Origin: Candidatus Wildermuthbacteria bacterium
GTDB lineage: Bacteria; Patescibacteriota; Minisyncoccia; Minisyncoccales; UBA10102
DNA: 64,000 bases
Direction: 5' to 3'
NCBI GenBank assembly: GCA_016186115.1
Contig: JACPMK010000002.1
Location: forward strand, 136,983-200,982
The first letter of the stretch is position 1, and each line of letters begins with the position of its first letter. The translations under genes were made by a program, and so were the position numbers. The notes under the pieces were generated by a model. It saw nothing but the letters and a program-made list of their open reading frames with translations, was not told the DNA's origin and did not search any database. Shown one piece after another: positions 21,965 through 31,497 of this stretch.

Positions 21965-23080
21965 TTACATCAAAAACGCTACTGGGGTATATGCTGGATC
22001 CTTTGCCTGATGAAATTGCATACGAGCCATTAGAGATGCGGGAGAAAGAAGAGAAACCTGAAGATTGCCGTCGAGCGGAAGATCGCGAAACCCATCTTCC
22101 TCTGCCACCTCTTCTATTTCACGAAGATTACTGGTACCGCCCATCACATACAAATGCGATGGAAGTACTTGATCAAGCAACAAGAGTTTTTCTTTGCACG
22201 CGGCAAGCCATGCCCGCGCCTCTCTCTCAAGTACTTCATGAGTTCTCTTTCGCATTTCTTCTGAAAATTCCATCCGGCTATAGCGTTCCTTAAAATCCTG
22301 CGCCATTGTTTTTTGCAATCCCAGGTGATGCTCAAGAGCATAGGTAAAATTATCTCCCCCAAAAGGAATTACTTTGACCGATTGTAAAAGATTGTCTTTG
22401 ATAATCGCAACTTGAGTTGCTTTCTCTCCGATATCAATATACACTCCCTCCTTATTGCTATCCGCTGCGAACAATTCCAATCCCTCTGCCCAGTGGATAA
22501 TTCTTACTTCTTTGATGCCATGTTTCTTTTGCAGATTCTCGCGTATCATACGATACCCAACCGGAAGACAAACTCCCAGCAGACGCATTGTGACCGAGTT
22601 TCCTCGTAATCCCCGCAGCGAGGCAGCGCGATACCCATCAACTGATATCTTTAAAAGCTTAAGCTTCACGATAGCGAGATCCTTAGCAGGAATCTGATAT
22701 GCTTGAGAAAAATAATACTCTATTTCCTTGCGGGAGAAACGAATAATCTGCTCTTCTAGTTCTTTTTCTTCTTTTACGCCAATGGTGAGTTTCGGATTCT
22801 TGCGCGAAACGGTATATTCAAAAACCTCGGCGCGAAAAAGCAAAGGCGGGAGAGCAAAATGCAGGGAACGAATGTAAGAAAACTCTTTCCTGACGCTCTG
22901 GATAATCCCATGCATTTCTCTTTCCCAAGAAATTTCATCGACTTGTTTTTCTGCTGCGATCAGAACATCGCGTTCCCCTTTTTGGTTCGGACGCATCACA
23001 AGATACTTGATCGAATGATCACCAATATCAAGCAAAAGAATGTTTGCGGGCTTGGCTTTAAAAAATGAAAAAAAACTCAT
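21965..23080 (-). CDS. Divergent FtsA/PilM-like actin-fold protein
   Basis: LLDIGDHSIK, YIDIGEKATQV, PFGGDNFT, MGGTSNL actin-ATPase motifs. Confidence 0.75.
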   Translation of the reverse strand: MSFFSFFKAKPANILLLDIGDHSIKYLVMRPNQKGERDVLIAAEKQVDEISWEREMHGIIQSVRKEFSYIRSLHFALPPLLFRAEVFEYTVSRKNPKLTIGVKEEKELEEQIIRFSRKEIEYYFSQAYQIPAKDLAIVKLKLLKISVDGYRAASLRGLRGNSVTMRLLGVCLPVGYRMIRENLQKKHGIKEVRIIHWAEGLELFAADSNKEGVYIDIGEKATQVAIIKDNLLQSVKVIPFGGDNFTYALEHHLGLQKTMAQDFKERYSRMEFSEEMRKRTHEVLEREARAWLAACKEKLLLLDQVLPSHLYVMGGTSNLREIEEVAEEDGFRDLPLDGNLQVSLLSPASLMARMQFHQAKDPAYTPVAFLM

Positions 23081-23086
23081 GTGATG

Positions 23087-24826
23087 TTATTCAATAATTG
23101 CCCGGATTCTCCGGATGCCTCGCGCTATCGCCTCTTCCTTAACAATTTTCAGTTTGCCAACTTCAGAAGTTCGCTGTACATGCGGCCCTCCGCAAAGCTC
23201 CTGCGAAAATACTCTCCCTGTCTCGGAATCGAATGCGGTATATACCTTTACTATAGACGGATATTTCTCTTTCGCAAAATGGAGAGCATTTGTTTTCAGC
23301 GCTTCTTCATAGGGCATCTCTTTGTATTCTACTTTCAGATCATCCTGAATTGCCCTGTTCGCGACCTGCTCTACCGCTGCGATTTCTTCCGAAGTAAGCT
23401 TGCGGTCAAAAGTAAAATCAAATCGCGTGCGCTCTGCGGTGATATCAGAACCCGCCTGACGAACCGACTCTCCGAGCACCTTGCGCAATGCTGCCTGCAA
23501 AAGGTGTGTTGCGGTATGCAACCTGGTGACGATTTGAATTTCTCTTTCGTCAGCAGCTTTGAGTTCTCCCGTATCCAACAATAAACCATGCCCTCCAAAT
23601 TTTTTCTCTTGCCCGGCCCGCGAAATTTCCTGATGTTTTGTAAATTCTTTATCGAAGTCGTCTCGCGCTAAACTCTTGGCCTTTTCTCCTCCCAAATCTT
23701 TAATCACTTCATAGGGCAGGCCGTAGCTTTCATATAACCTAAAAGCTGATGCCGCATCTATACTCTGTAATTTTTCGAGCTCATGTTGGCCAGCAACTAA
23801 AGTTTTTTCAAATTGAGAAAGTTCATCTTTGAAAATAAGAAAAGTTTTCTCGCTATTCAATTCATGATATACAGAGCCATACCGATCAATTACTTTGCCC
23901 AATATGGTGAAATATTCTTGCGAATAATTTCTTGCCCGGATAATAAAACGGCGCATGAGGCGGCGCAAAATATATCCTGCATCTTTATTGGAGGGCAAGA
24001 CCCCATCGCAAATTAAAAAAACAATAGCCCGCGCATGGTCAACGATAATTCTTTTTTCGCGATTGCCAAGATGAGTTGGCAGCAAAGCGATAAGAGGGTC
24101 GAATAAATCCGTTTGAAAAATATTTTCTTTTTCTTGCGATACCGTTGCCAATCGTTCCAAGCCCATGCCTGTATCCACGCCCGGCGTTTTCAATGGCTCA
24201 AGGGTTTTATCTGGATGGCAATAATACTGATTGAACACAATATTCCATATCTCAATGCCACCAGCATAAATTTCTGTTGTGGGGCCGCACGGCCCCTCGT
24301 TACCCGTCGGACCCCAAAAATTATCTTCTCGTCCCATCAACTTGAGATTCTGCTTTTCCATTGAAAACCCGTATGAATTCCAAATAGCAATAGATTCTTC
24401 GTCACGCGGGACTTCTGCGTCTCCCCCAAATACTGTGACATACTCAATGGGTACGTTGATTTCTCTAAGAAAATCATAAGCATATTGAATTGCCTTTTCC
24501 TTGAAATATCCTCCAAAAGAGAAATTGCCAAGCATTTCAAAAAAGGTAAGATGCCGTTCATCCCCTACTTCGTCGATATCTGAAGTGCGGAAACTTTTTT
24601 GAATCGATGCTGCGTTCCTGCTCCCCAACGGCCTTCCGCCAAGAGTTGGATGCGGAGAATGAAACGGGTCAGCCGCTCCCGTGTAGTAAGGTTTAAACTG
24701 TTGCATTCCGGCCGTGGTAAGCAATACCGATGGATCATCCGGAATCAAAGAAGACGAGGGCACAATCGTATGCTCTCGTTTTTTGAAAAACTCCAAAAAT
24801 CGTTCGCGCAATTCCCGTGACTCCAT
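23087..24826 (-). CDS. alaS: Alanyl-tRNA synthetase (lacks the C-Ala domain)
   Basis: LLTTAGMQQFKPY, HLTFFEMLGNFSFG, DTGMGLERL, editing motifs HTATHLL and ELCGGPH; ends at GIRRIRA. Confidence 0.96.
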   Translation of the reverse strand: MESRELRERFLEFFKKREHTIVPSSSLIPDDPSVLLTTAGMQQFKPYYTGAADPFHSPHPTLGGRPLGSRNAASIQKSFRTSDIDEVGDERHLTFFEMLGNFSFGGYFKEKAIQYAYDFLREINVPIEYVTVFGGDAEVPRDEESIAIWNSYGFSMEKQNLKLMGREDNFWGPTGNEGPCGPTTEIYAGGIEIWNIVFNQYYCHPDKTLEPLKTPGVDTGMGLERLATVSQEKENIFQTDLFDPLIALLPTHLGNREKRIIVDHARAIVFLICDGVLPSNKDAGYILRRLMRRFIIRARNYSQEYFTILGKVIDRYGSVYHELNSEKTFLIFKDELSQFEKTLVAGQHELEKLQSIDAASAFRLYESYGLPYEVIKDLGGEKAKSLARDDFDKEFTKHQEISRAGQEKKFGGHGLLLDTGELKAADEREIQIVTRLHTATHLLQAALRKVLGESVRQAGSDITAERTRFDFTFDRKLTSEEIAAVEQVANRAIQDDLKVEYKEMPYEEALKTNALHFAKEKYPSIVKVYTAFDSETGRVFSQELCGGPHVQRTSEVGKLKIVKEEAIARGIRRIRAIIE

Positions 24827-24865
24827 AGTGCTTTCTATTATATCTAATCTTTTCTTAAAAGAAAA

Positions 24866-24907
24866 CAAAAGAGCTTAAAATCCACGATCGTAGCTTTTAA
24901 GCTCTTG
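24866..24907 (-). terminator. Intrinsic terminator-like hairpin upstream of alaS
   Basis: AAGAGCTTAAAA/TTTTAAGCTCTT 12 bp stem followed by TTGTTTTCTTTT on the minus strand. Confidence 0.65.
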
Positions 24908-24990
24908 TCGCCTCCCTCATCTGAAAACCTCCTCCTTTAGATAAATTCTAGCAATAACTCTACAAAACTTATCTGCTATGTCAAATTAAG

Positions 24991-26118
24991 TTAAACAGTG
25001 GCAAGAATCGAAGGCACAGAAGCAATAGCGGGCTCGGCAGATTTTTCTTGGATGATGCCGGCGGCGACAAGAGCACCGTCTTGATAGAACGCGGCAATTT
25101 GGCCAGGGGTTACCGCTCTCTGGGCGACGTCAAAAATTATTTTCCACGTTGCACCATCAACTTTTTCCAGAGTTGCTTTTGTCAATGGCTGGCGATAACG
25201 GACGCGCGCCTCCCCTTCGATTGCATGTGCATTTAGAGCAACCAGCCAATTCATATTGTTTATAAAAATTTCTTTTGTATCCAAATCCCGCTCATCTTTT
25301 GTGACAATAAGAGTATTGGTAACAATATCTTTGCCCAATACATAGTAAGGCCCTCCTGATAAACCGATGCCCTCGCGCTGGCCAATTGTGTAATACATTA
25401 TTCCGTCGTGTTCGCCGAGTATTTTTCCAGAACTATCAATAATATTGCCTTTTCGCGGCTTGATATATTGTTTCAAAAACTCGCTGAAGTCGATTTTGCC
25501 AACAAAACAAAGCCCTTGGCTTGATTTTCTCTGGGCATTTGGCAAACCAAATTTTCTGGCAAATTCACGGACTTCACGCTTGGTGTAGTCACCAATCGGA
25601 AATCGAACCCGCGACAATACCTCTCGCTTCATAAGAGAAAGAAAATATGTCTGATCCTTTTCTATATCTTCTGCAGCCAAGAGTTGTGCTTCATGCTTCA
25701 TGTTGCGCGTTTCATGGAGTAATCGGGCGTAATGGCCGGTTGCGACAAAATCAGCCCCCAGCTTCATTGCTTTCTCAAAAAATAACCCAAATTTGATTTC
25801 GCGGTTGCACACCGCATCTGGATTTGGAGTAATCCCCTTTTGGTATCCGTCGATCATATAGCCCATGACCCGCTGTCGATATTCATTGATCATATTCCAA
25901 GAGTAAAACGGAATTCCCAAATGATTCGCAGCCAAACGCGCGGATCTTTCATCGTCCACCGTGGTACATGCTTTTCCTTCTGCCCAACACTTCATATACA
26001 CCCCAACAACGTTAAATCCATCCCTCTTCAAAAGGGCTGCCGCAACCGAAGAATCCACTCCTCCGGACATGGCAACAAATACCTTTTGTCTTTTTTTATT
26101 TGTATTTTCTGTATTCAT
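24991..26118 (-). CDS. mnmA: tRNA 2-thiouridine synthase MnmA
   Basis: AMSGGVDSSVAA, TPNPDAVCNREIKFG, ATGHYAR, KDQTYFL, SQGLCF, AVTPGQ. Confidence 0.96.
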   Translation of the reverse strand: MNTENTNKKRQKVFVAMSGGVDSSVAAALLKRDGFNVVGVYMKCWAEGKACTTVDDERSARLAANHLGIPFYSWNMINEYRQRVMGYMIDGYQKGITPNPDAVCNREIKFGLFFEKAMKLGADFVATGHYARLLHETRNMKHEAQLLAAEDIEKDQTYFLSLMKREVLSRVRFPIGDYTKREVREFARKFGLPNAQRKSSQGLCFVGKIDFSEFLKQYIKPRKGNIIDSSGKILGEHDGIMYYTIGQREGIGLSGGPYYVLGKDIVTNTLIVTKDERDLDTKEIFINNMNWLVALNAHAIEGEARVRYRQPLTKATLEKVDGATWKIIFDVAQRAVTPGQIAAFYQDGALVAAGIIQEKSAEPAIASVPSILATV

Positions 26119-26148
26119 AACATTCCAAATATACCACAAATTACTCTC

Positions 26149-26180
26149 AAAATAAAGGCCGCATGCGAGCAAGCGGCCTT
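26149..26180 (-). terminator. Intrinsic terminator after the YkuK-like gene
   Basis: AAGGCCGC...GCGGCCTT stem followed by TATTTT on the minus strand. Confidence 0.55.
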
Positions 26181-26206
26181 GAATGGGAATAGTTGCTTGG
26201 TAAATC

Positions 26207-26719
26207 TTAGGAATACCGGTCGGCGACGGAGGAAGCAACAAAGGACTCGGGCTTGATTTTCGCCTCAAAACCGTTTCCCCGAATAAGCCCCACCACCTCG
26301 CGGATCATATCTTTTGTAGCTCCGTTCTCCCCCACGTCAGCATGAATATATTTTAATTCGTAGGGCAAGGGTTGTTCTTCCTGTGCCATGCGTGTGGCAA
26401 AATTTTCCCGCAGCCACAATGCCAGCTCGCAGGAAAGAAGAACCTCTTCTAAAATTCTTTCGTGCCGATTATAGAATTTTCGGGGAGCTGGATAATGCAC
26501 TCTCCGCAAAAAAAATCTGCCTCCCTCGCCTTTGCGCAGAATAACAATCGCGACCGGAAAGGTGGGGTCTTCGGTTGCCGACGAATCGCACCCAACAATA
26601 ATTTCATAGGTACGTTCTGGCCTTGCCTTCATGTAGCGAATCATCTCTTCGAGCACTTCGGCCAAGGATAATGCGCCCGCAGTAATATTGTAGAATTTTC
26701 CCTGAATCAAGGGTTCCAT
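26207..26719 (-). CDS. RNase H-like YkuK (DUF458) family protein
   Basis: IIVGCDS, GGRFF, IHADVGENGATKDMIREVVGLI, IKPESFVASSVADRY. Confidence 0.8.
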   Translation of the reverse strand: MEPLIQGKFYNITAGALSLAEVLEEMIRYMKARPERTYEIIVGCDSSATEDPTFPVAIVILRKGEGGRFFLRRVHYPAPRKFYNRHERILEEVLLSCELALWLRENFATRMAQEEQPLPYELKYIHADVGENGATKDMIREVVGLIRGNGFEAKIKPESFVASSVADRYS

Positions 26720-26730
26720 ACCTCCTTACT

Positions 26731-27504
26731 CTATCCCAAAATCGATTCTTTGACAAGGCTCACAAACTCTTGCGCATTAAGCGATGCTGCTCCAACTAAC
26801 GCCCCATCCGCGCCTCCCTTTTCGATAAATTCCCGAATATTTTCTTTACGCACGCTGCCTCCGTAGAGAATATGAATACCTTTGGCCGATGCTTCGCCCC
26901 ATTTTCGAGCAAGAACTTCTTTCATAAAACTAATTGCCGCCTCACAGTCCTGGGGAGTTGCCGCTTGAACTCCTTTGACAGAGCTGATAGCCCATTCGGG
27001 CTCATACACAAGCACGATCTTTGAAGATTGCGTTCGCGAAATATCCGCAAGAAGAATTTGCATCTGCAGCTCAAGTTCTCTTTTCGCATTGGGCGAACCC
27101 TGCGCTTTCTCTCCAATACATACCACTGGAATAAGCCCAACATCCAATGACGCTTTGACTTTTTGGCGGATTACTTCGTATGTTTCGGATAAATAATTCT
27201 TACGTTCTGAATGCCCAATAATAACATGGGAACACCCCAGATTCTTGAGCATTGCCGGAGAAATTTCCCCGGTGAATGCTCCCTGCTTTTGCCAAAAACA
27301 ATTCTGTGCGCCAAGGAGAAAATTAAATTTTTCGGCGTGAAATATGGGTATATACACAAAAGGCGGACAAAGCACTACCTGAACATCAGAAATATTTTTG
27401 ATTCCTTGATCTACTTTCTTTGCAAGAGCAAGCGCTTCTTTGGCGCTTGGCGGATTCATTTTCCAGTTCGCGATAAGGAGCGGTTTTTTATTTTGAGTTT
27501 TCAT
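26731..27504 (-). CDS. tpiA: Triosephosphate isomerase
   Basis: ANWKMN, GAFTGEIS, IGHSER, VYEPEWAIS, LYGGSV, GALVGAASL. Confidence 0.95.
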   Translation of the reverse strand: MKTQNKKPLLIANWKMNPPSAKEALALAKKVDQGIKNISDVQVVLCPPFVYIPIFHAEKFNFLLGAQNCFWQKQGAFTGEISPAMLKNLGCSHVIIGHSERKNYLSETYEVIRQKVKASLDVGLIPVVCIGEKAQGSPNAKRELELQMQILLADISRTQSSKIVLVYEPEWAISSVKGVQAATPQDCEAAISFMKEVLARKWGEASAKGIHILYGGSVRKENIREFIEKGGADGALVGAASLNAQEFVSLVKESILG

Positions 27505-28105
27505 TGTGAATTATTTTTACGTGCCTCCATATCCACCATACTCCAAGAAGCAAAAGAATGCCAATAATAAGCCAATCAAATCTGCGAAAATATATCTCTA
27601 CATTTGTCCAATTCTCCCCTGCTTTCAGGCCCAAAAAAGCAAGTAAAGCACTCCAAAAGAAAGAGCCGAGAGAGGTATAAATCAAAAATTTTCCGAGATT
27701 CATTTTTGCCATGCCTGCTGGAAACGAAATAAAAGTCCTGACAACTGGCAACAAGCGCGCGACGAAAACGGTTACAGCGCCGTATTTCCGGAACAGTCGT
27801 TCTGACAATTCAAGATCATGTCTCGTGATAAAAAGATACCTGCCATATTTTTCAAAAAAACGTCTTCCACCCCAGAAACCAAGGTAGTAAGAAAAAAGAG
27901 ATCCCAACACATTTCCCAACGCGCCAAAAAATACTACGATCCAAAAAACAAATGTACCCTTCCATGCCAAAAATCCTGAAAATGGCATGATGATTTCAGA
28001 GGGAACGGGGATATTTGCGCTTTCAAGTGCCATCAAAACTGCCACCCCAGCGTAGCCGGATACTTCTATTGTATGAATAATGAAACTGACGATCTGCTCC
28101 AACAC
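27488..28105 (-). CDS. DedA family membrane protein
   Basis: LESANIPVPSEIIMPFSG, RLLPVVRTFISFPAG. Confidence 0.92.
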   Translation of the reverse strand: MLEQIVSFIIHTIEVSGYAGVAVLMALESANIPVPSEIIMPFSGFLAWKGTFVFWIVVFFGALGNVLGSLFSYYLGFWGGRRFFEKYGRYLFITRHDLELSERLFRKYGAVTVFVARLLPVVRTFISFPAGMAKMNLGKFLIYTSLGSFFWSALLAFLGLKAGENWTNVEIYFRRFDWLIIGILLLLGVWWIWRHVKIIHNENSK

Positions 28106-28117
28106 TGTTTCGAGTGA

Positions 28118-29170
28118 TTATTGCAATCTCAAAAATTCGGCAGCTTTTTCTGGCTCTATGGTAGAAATTTCAATCCCCGTCCCAAGCTCAAATCCGGCCC
28201 ATGTTGCGGTCTTGGGCAATATCTCGAAATGCCAATGGTAGTGGTCGTACGTCCAAACATTCGTGGGTGCGGTATGAATAAAATAATTGTAGTCAGGATC
28301 TTTCAATCCCTTGGCAAGCTTTTGCATAGTTATCAGCAAAATATCTGCCAAGCATTCTTTTTGATGTTCATCGCTTTTTTCAAAATATGCCAAATGCTGA
28401 ACAGGATAGATACGAATTTCGAAGGCAACCCTTGAAGCAAAGGGGCAGAGAGAAACAAAACAGTCATTCTCGTAGATGATACGGGACTTTTCTTTCCGAT
28501 CCCACTCGAGCATAACACAATGAACACACTGTTTCTTCTTTTCAAAAAATTCATACGAATTATCCAAGCTCCGCTGAATATCGGGATCCGTAATTGCAGT
28601 TGCAATAATTTGAGAATGAGGATGAGCAATGGTGGCTCCGGCTCCTGCTCCTTTATTTTTAAAGATCGAAATATAGTGAACAAATTTTCCCTCCATCAAT
28701 TCAAGATAACATTCCTGATACATATCGACCAGCTCTTTTGTCTCTTGCTGGGAAAATTGAGGAATATCTCTTGTATGATCCTTCGTAATAATGACTTCAT
28801 GAAACCCCACACCATCCATGACCTGATACGGCCCAACTTTTCTTTCGCGAAGAGAATTACTTAGGGTAAATGCGGGATATTTGTTGGGAATCGCAACTGT
28901 AGTCCATTCCAAGGTGCTTTGATCCTCAGGAATTTTCTCCACTTTTTTCGATTTATAAAATGCTTTATTGGCCCGCTCTTGGCCAATAAGTGTTTCGAAA
29001 GGACAATTCGTAATAGAATCCTCAAGTTCGGGCCGGGTCTCTTTCCTAAAATGCTCTGGCCTTTTTGCCCGCCCAGTTGCAATAACGACCCAATCCCTCG
29101 AAACAGGGTCCAAACGAAGCTCTGAAGGAACCGGTGCGTTTGATATGGATTTCTTTCGAAAAATATTCAT
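28118..29170 (-). CDS. galT: Galactose-1-phosphate uridylyltransferase family protein
   Basis: ELRLDP...WVVIATGRAKRP, PNKYPA, HEVII, HPHSQ catalytic motif, AGFELGTG. Confidence 0.88.
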   Translation of the reverse strand: MNIFRKKSISNAPVPSELRLDPVSRDWVVIATGRAKRPEHFRKETRPELEDSITNCPFETLIGQERANKAFYKSKKVEKIPEDQSTLEWTTVAIPNKYPAFTLSNSLRERKVGPYQVMDGVGFHEVIITKDHTRDIPQFSQQETKELVDMYQECYLELMEGKFVHYISIFKNKGAGAGATIAHPHSQIIATAITDPDIQRSLDNSYEFFEKKKQCVHCVMLEWDRKEKSRIIYENDCFVSLCPFASRVAFEIRIYPVQHLAYFEKSDEHQKECLADILLITMQKLAKGLKDPDYNYFIHTAPTNVWTYDHYHWHFEILPKTATWAGFELGTGIEISTIEPEKAAEFLRLQ

Positions 29171-29913
29171 TCTGCTTTCAAGCGATTTTTACTATACATT
29201 CCCTTGAGTGAATTGATTCTAATCTGAAAAACCTCAAACAGCATTCGGATCATTCCCTTGAGCTTCACTTTGCTATTGGGATCATTCACCCACGTAACAG
29301 GAAACTGACCAATGCGATAGTTCAATTTTTTTGCAATCACAAGCAGTTCTACGTCAAATGCCCAACGATCAATAGTCGCCAGAGAAAAAATATCAAGCGC
29401 TGATTTTTTTGTAAATCCCTTAAAACCGCACTGGGTGTCCCATATTCCCCACATGCCGGAAAATATCTGAACAATAATATTGAAAATATCTCCGAGCCGT
29501 CTGCGCACCCATGACTGGGAAACCGCAATAAACGCACCCTCCATATCCCGCGAGCCGATTACAACGTCGTATCCCTTGGAAAATTCGGGCCACATTCTTT
29601 CAACATGATCCACTGTGGTTGCGTTATCCGCGTCCATAAAAACCCTAAACTCCCCCTGTGCCTCGAGCATCCCCTGTCTCACCACGTACCCCTTTCCCTT
29701 ATTGTCTTTATTGTTAATCACGCGAAGATTTTTAATGGTCTGCGCCATTTCACTTGCAACTGCAGCGGTTCCATCTCTGGAGCCATCGCTTACGACCAGA
29801 ATTTCATAGGCATAATCCTGCTTTTGCAAATACGCATCAACGGCTTTCAATGTCTGCGGAAGCCGTTGTTCTTCGTTATATGCCGGAATAATTACCGATA
29901 CATGCACTGCCAT
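29167..29913 (-). CDS. GT2 glycosyltransferase (dolichyl/polyprenyl-phosphate glycosyltransferase-like)
   Basis: SVIIPAYNE, DGSRD, NKGKG, FMDAD, DTQCGFK. Confidence 0.88.
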   Translation of the reverse strand: MAVHVSVIIPAYNEEQRLPQTLKAVDAYLQKQDYAYEILVVSDGSRDGTAAVASEMAQTIKNLRVINNKDNKGKGYVVRQGMLEAQGEFRVFMDADNATTVDHVERMWPEFSKGYDVVIGSRDMEGAFIAVSQSWVRRRLGDIFNIIVQIFSGMWGIWDTQCGFKGFTKKSALDIFSLATIDRWAFDVELLVIAKKLNYRIGQFPVTWVNDPNSKVKLKGMIRMLFEVFQIRINSLKGMYSKNRLKAE

Positions 29914-30003
29914 AATAGTTTCAACCATTATACCAACACTACGGTAAAATGAAAAGAGATCATACTTACGCTCTAATGTGATAGCGTCTTGGTATAAATC
30001 TAT

Positions 30004-30042
30004 TATCTTCTCATTTCGGCGGTCGCAGTTATAAGAAGATAG
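30004..30042. repeat. Copy A of a ~40 bp imperfect palindrome (inverted relative to copies B and C)
   Basis: Reverse complement CTATCTTCTTATAACTGCGACCGCCGAAATGAGAAGATA aligns without gaps to copies B and C; lies 6 nt beyond the stop of the PaaX-like gene. Confidence 0.85.
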
Positions 30043-30048
30043 ATACGG

Positions 30049-30618
30049 CTAAAGCAAGTTGAAATAAGCTCTTAGCTTTACATCATCTTTAATCACCTTT
30101 GCCTTAATGACGTTGACGAAGGGATAAATTTGAAATAACTCTACGATAAATTCTATTTCTTTTTCGCAGGGCCAAGGACATACCCACACGCTTTTTTGTA
30201 ATTGATAAAAATTCCAACGCTTCATTCTTTCACGGAGAGCTTCTCTTGCAATTTTCTTTTTATCTGGAATATCAAAAATAACTACCCTCCAAATTCCATC
30301 CCATCGACTGGGCTTGGCAACAAAAAGCGTCTGAAGTTGAATTTCCCTGACCTTCCGTTTCCCCTTCTCACTAAGCTCTACAGTAAATTTTCCATCATCC
30401 TGTTCCTTCAAAATAATCAGACGCGATTTCTTGAGACGATAAAATGCACTTGCTAATTTCTTGCGGCCCTCCTTTTTTCTGTAAAAATTCTCCCCCTTCA
30501 CAAAATGCCTAAGAACACTTGCGGAGAAATTGGGCACCATGAAAGCAACAGTAAGAACTCCTGCTGCAGCAAGCGAAAGAAGAACTGTACGAGTTATGCC
30601 GCTAGGTATTTTGGGCAT
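30049..30618 (-). CDS. PaaX-like protein: winged helix plus PaaX-central/Cas2-like domain
   Basis: LASAFYRLKKSRLI...VELSEKGK (wHTH), then WDGIWRVVIFDIPDKKKIAREALR...FYQLQKSVWVCPW. Confidence 0.85.
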   Translation of the reverse strand: MPKIPSGITRTVLLSLAAAGVLTVAFMVPNFSASVLRHFVKGENFYRKKEGRKKLASAFYRLKKSRLIILKEQDDGKFTVELSEKGKRKVREIQLQTLFVAKPSRWDGIWRVVIFDIPDKKKIAREALRERMKRWNFYQLQKSVWVCPWPCEKEIEFIVELFQIYPFVNVIKAKVIKDDVKLRAYFNLL

Positions 30619-30645
30619 TTCACTCTAAATCTTAGTTTATCCATC

Positions 30646-30685
30646 CTATCTCCTTATAACTGCGATCGCAAGAATAAAGAGATAG
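30646..30685. repeat. Copy B of the 40 bp palindrome; overlaps the likely promoter of the PaaX-like gene
   Basis: CTATCTCCTTATAACTGCGATCGCAAGAATAAAGAGATAG; minus strand reads TTGCGA-17nt-TAGGAT (30643-30671). Confidence 0.85.
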
Positions 30686-30747
30686 CTAACGGAGGCATGA
30701 ACGAATAGAAGCATGAATATAAGATACAAAATCATGACATGCAAAAT

Positions 30748-31497
30748 CTAGGTACGAGTCAATACTTCGGGCCCTTTGTTTGTAATGGCAATAGTGTCTT
30801 CAAAATGGCAGGAAAGAGAATGGTCCCGGGTAACATAGCCAAAGCCATCAGATGATTGTTTGATGCGCCAATCCCCCGCCGTGATCATGGGCTCAATGCA
30901 AATCACCATGCCTTTTTTGAGTTTTGCGCCTGAATTTTCTTTACCGTAATTCAAAACCATCGGATCCTCATGAAGCGCTCTGCCAATACCATGTCCGCAA
31001 AGTTCCCGAACCACATTGTATCCTTGTTTTTCCACAAATTTCTGGATGGTATTCCCAATATTCCCAACCGTATTTCCCGGCTGCGCCTGCTGGATGCCGA
31101 GGTCAAGCGCTTTTTTTGTAGTATTTATAAAACGAACATGCGCCGGAGAAATCTTTCCTGCAGCTACGGTACGAGCCATATCGAGATAAAATCCCTTCCA
31201 GATTAATCCAATATCGAGAGTAACCATATCGCCTTCTTGAATAATTCGTTTTTCCGATGGCACGGCATGAACAATTTCATCGTTGAGACATACGCAAAGA
31301 GACGCAGGAAACCCGTCATACCCTTTGAATGCTGGTTTTGCGCCCGAATGTAAAATCAGAGCTTCTGCAGCTCTGTCGAGGGATTTGGTGCTCATGCCGG
31401 GTTGCACCATGGTAAGCAACGCATCAAGAATTTTACTCAAAATCTCGCCACCTGTACGCATTACTTCTATTTCTTGAGAACTCTTTAACGAAATCAT
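30748..31497 (-). CDS. map: Methionine aminopeptidase type I
   Basis: FKGYDGFPASLC, IVHAVP, GHGIG...HEDP, CIEPM, HFEDT. Confidence 0.96.
   Translation of the reverse strand: MISLKSSQEIEVMRTGGEILSKILDALLTMVQPGMSTKSLDRAAEALILHSGAKPAFKGYDGFPASLCVCLNDEIVHAVPSEKRIIQEGDMVTLDIGLIWKGFYLDMARTVAAGKISPAHVRFINTTKKALDLGIQQAQPGNTVGNIGNTIQKFVEKQGYNVVRELCGHGIGRALHEDPMVLNYGKENSGAKLKKGMVICIEPMITAGDWRIKQSSDGFGYVTRDHSLSCHFEDTIAITNKGPEVLTRT

Noticed and set aside
30049..30618. CRISPR-Cas locus suggested by the Cas2-like motif
   Set aside because: No repeat-spacer array, cas1 or effector genes in the window; the protein has a PaaX-like wHTH fusion
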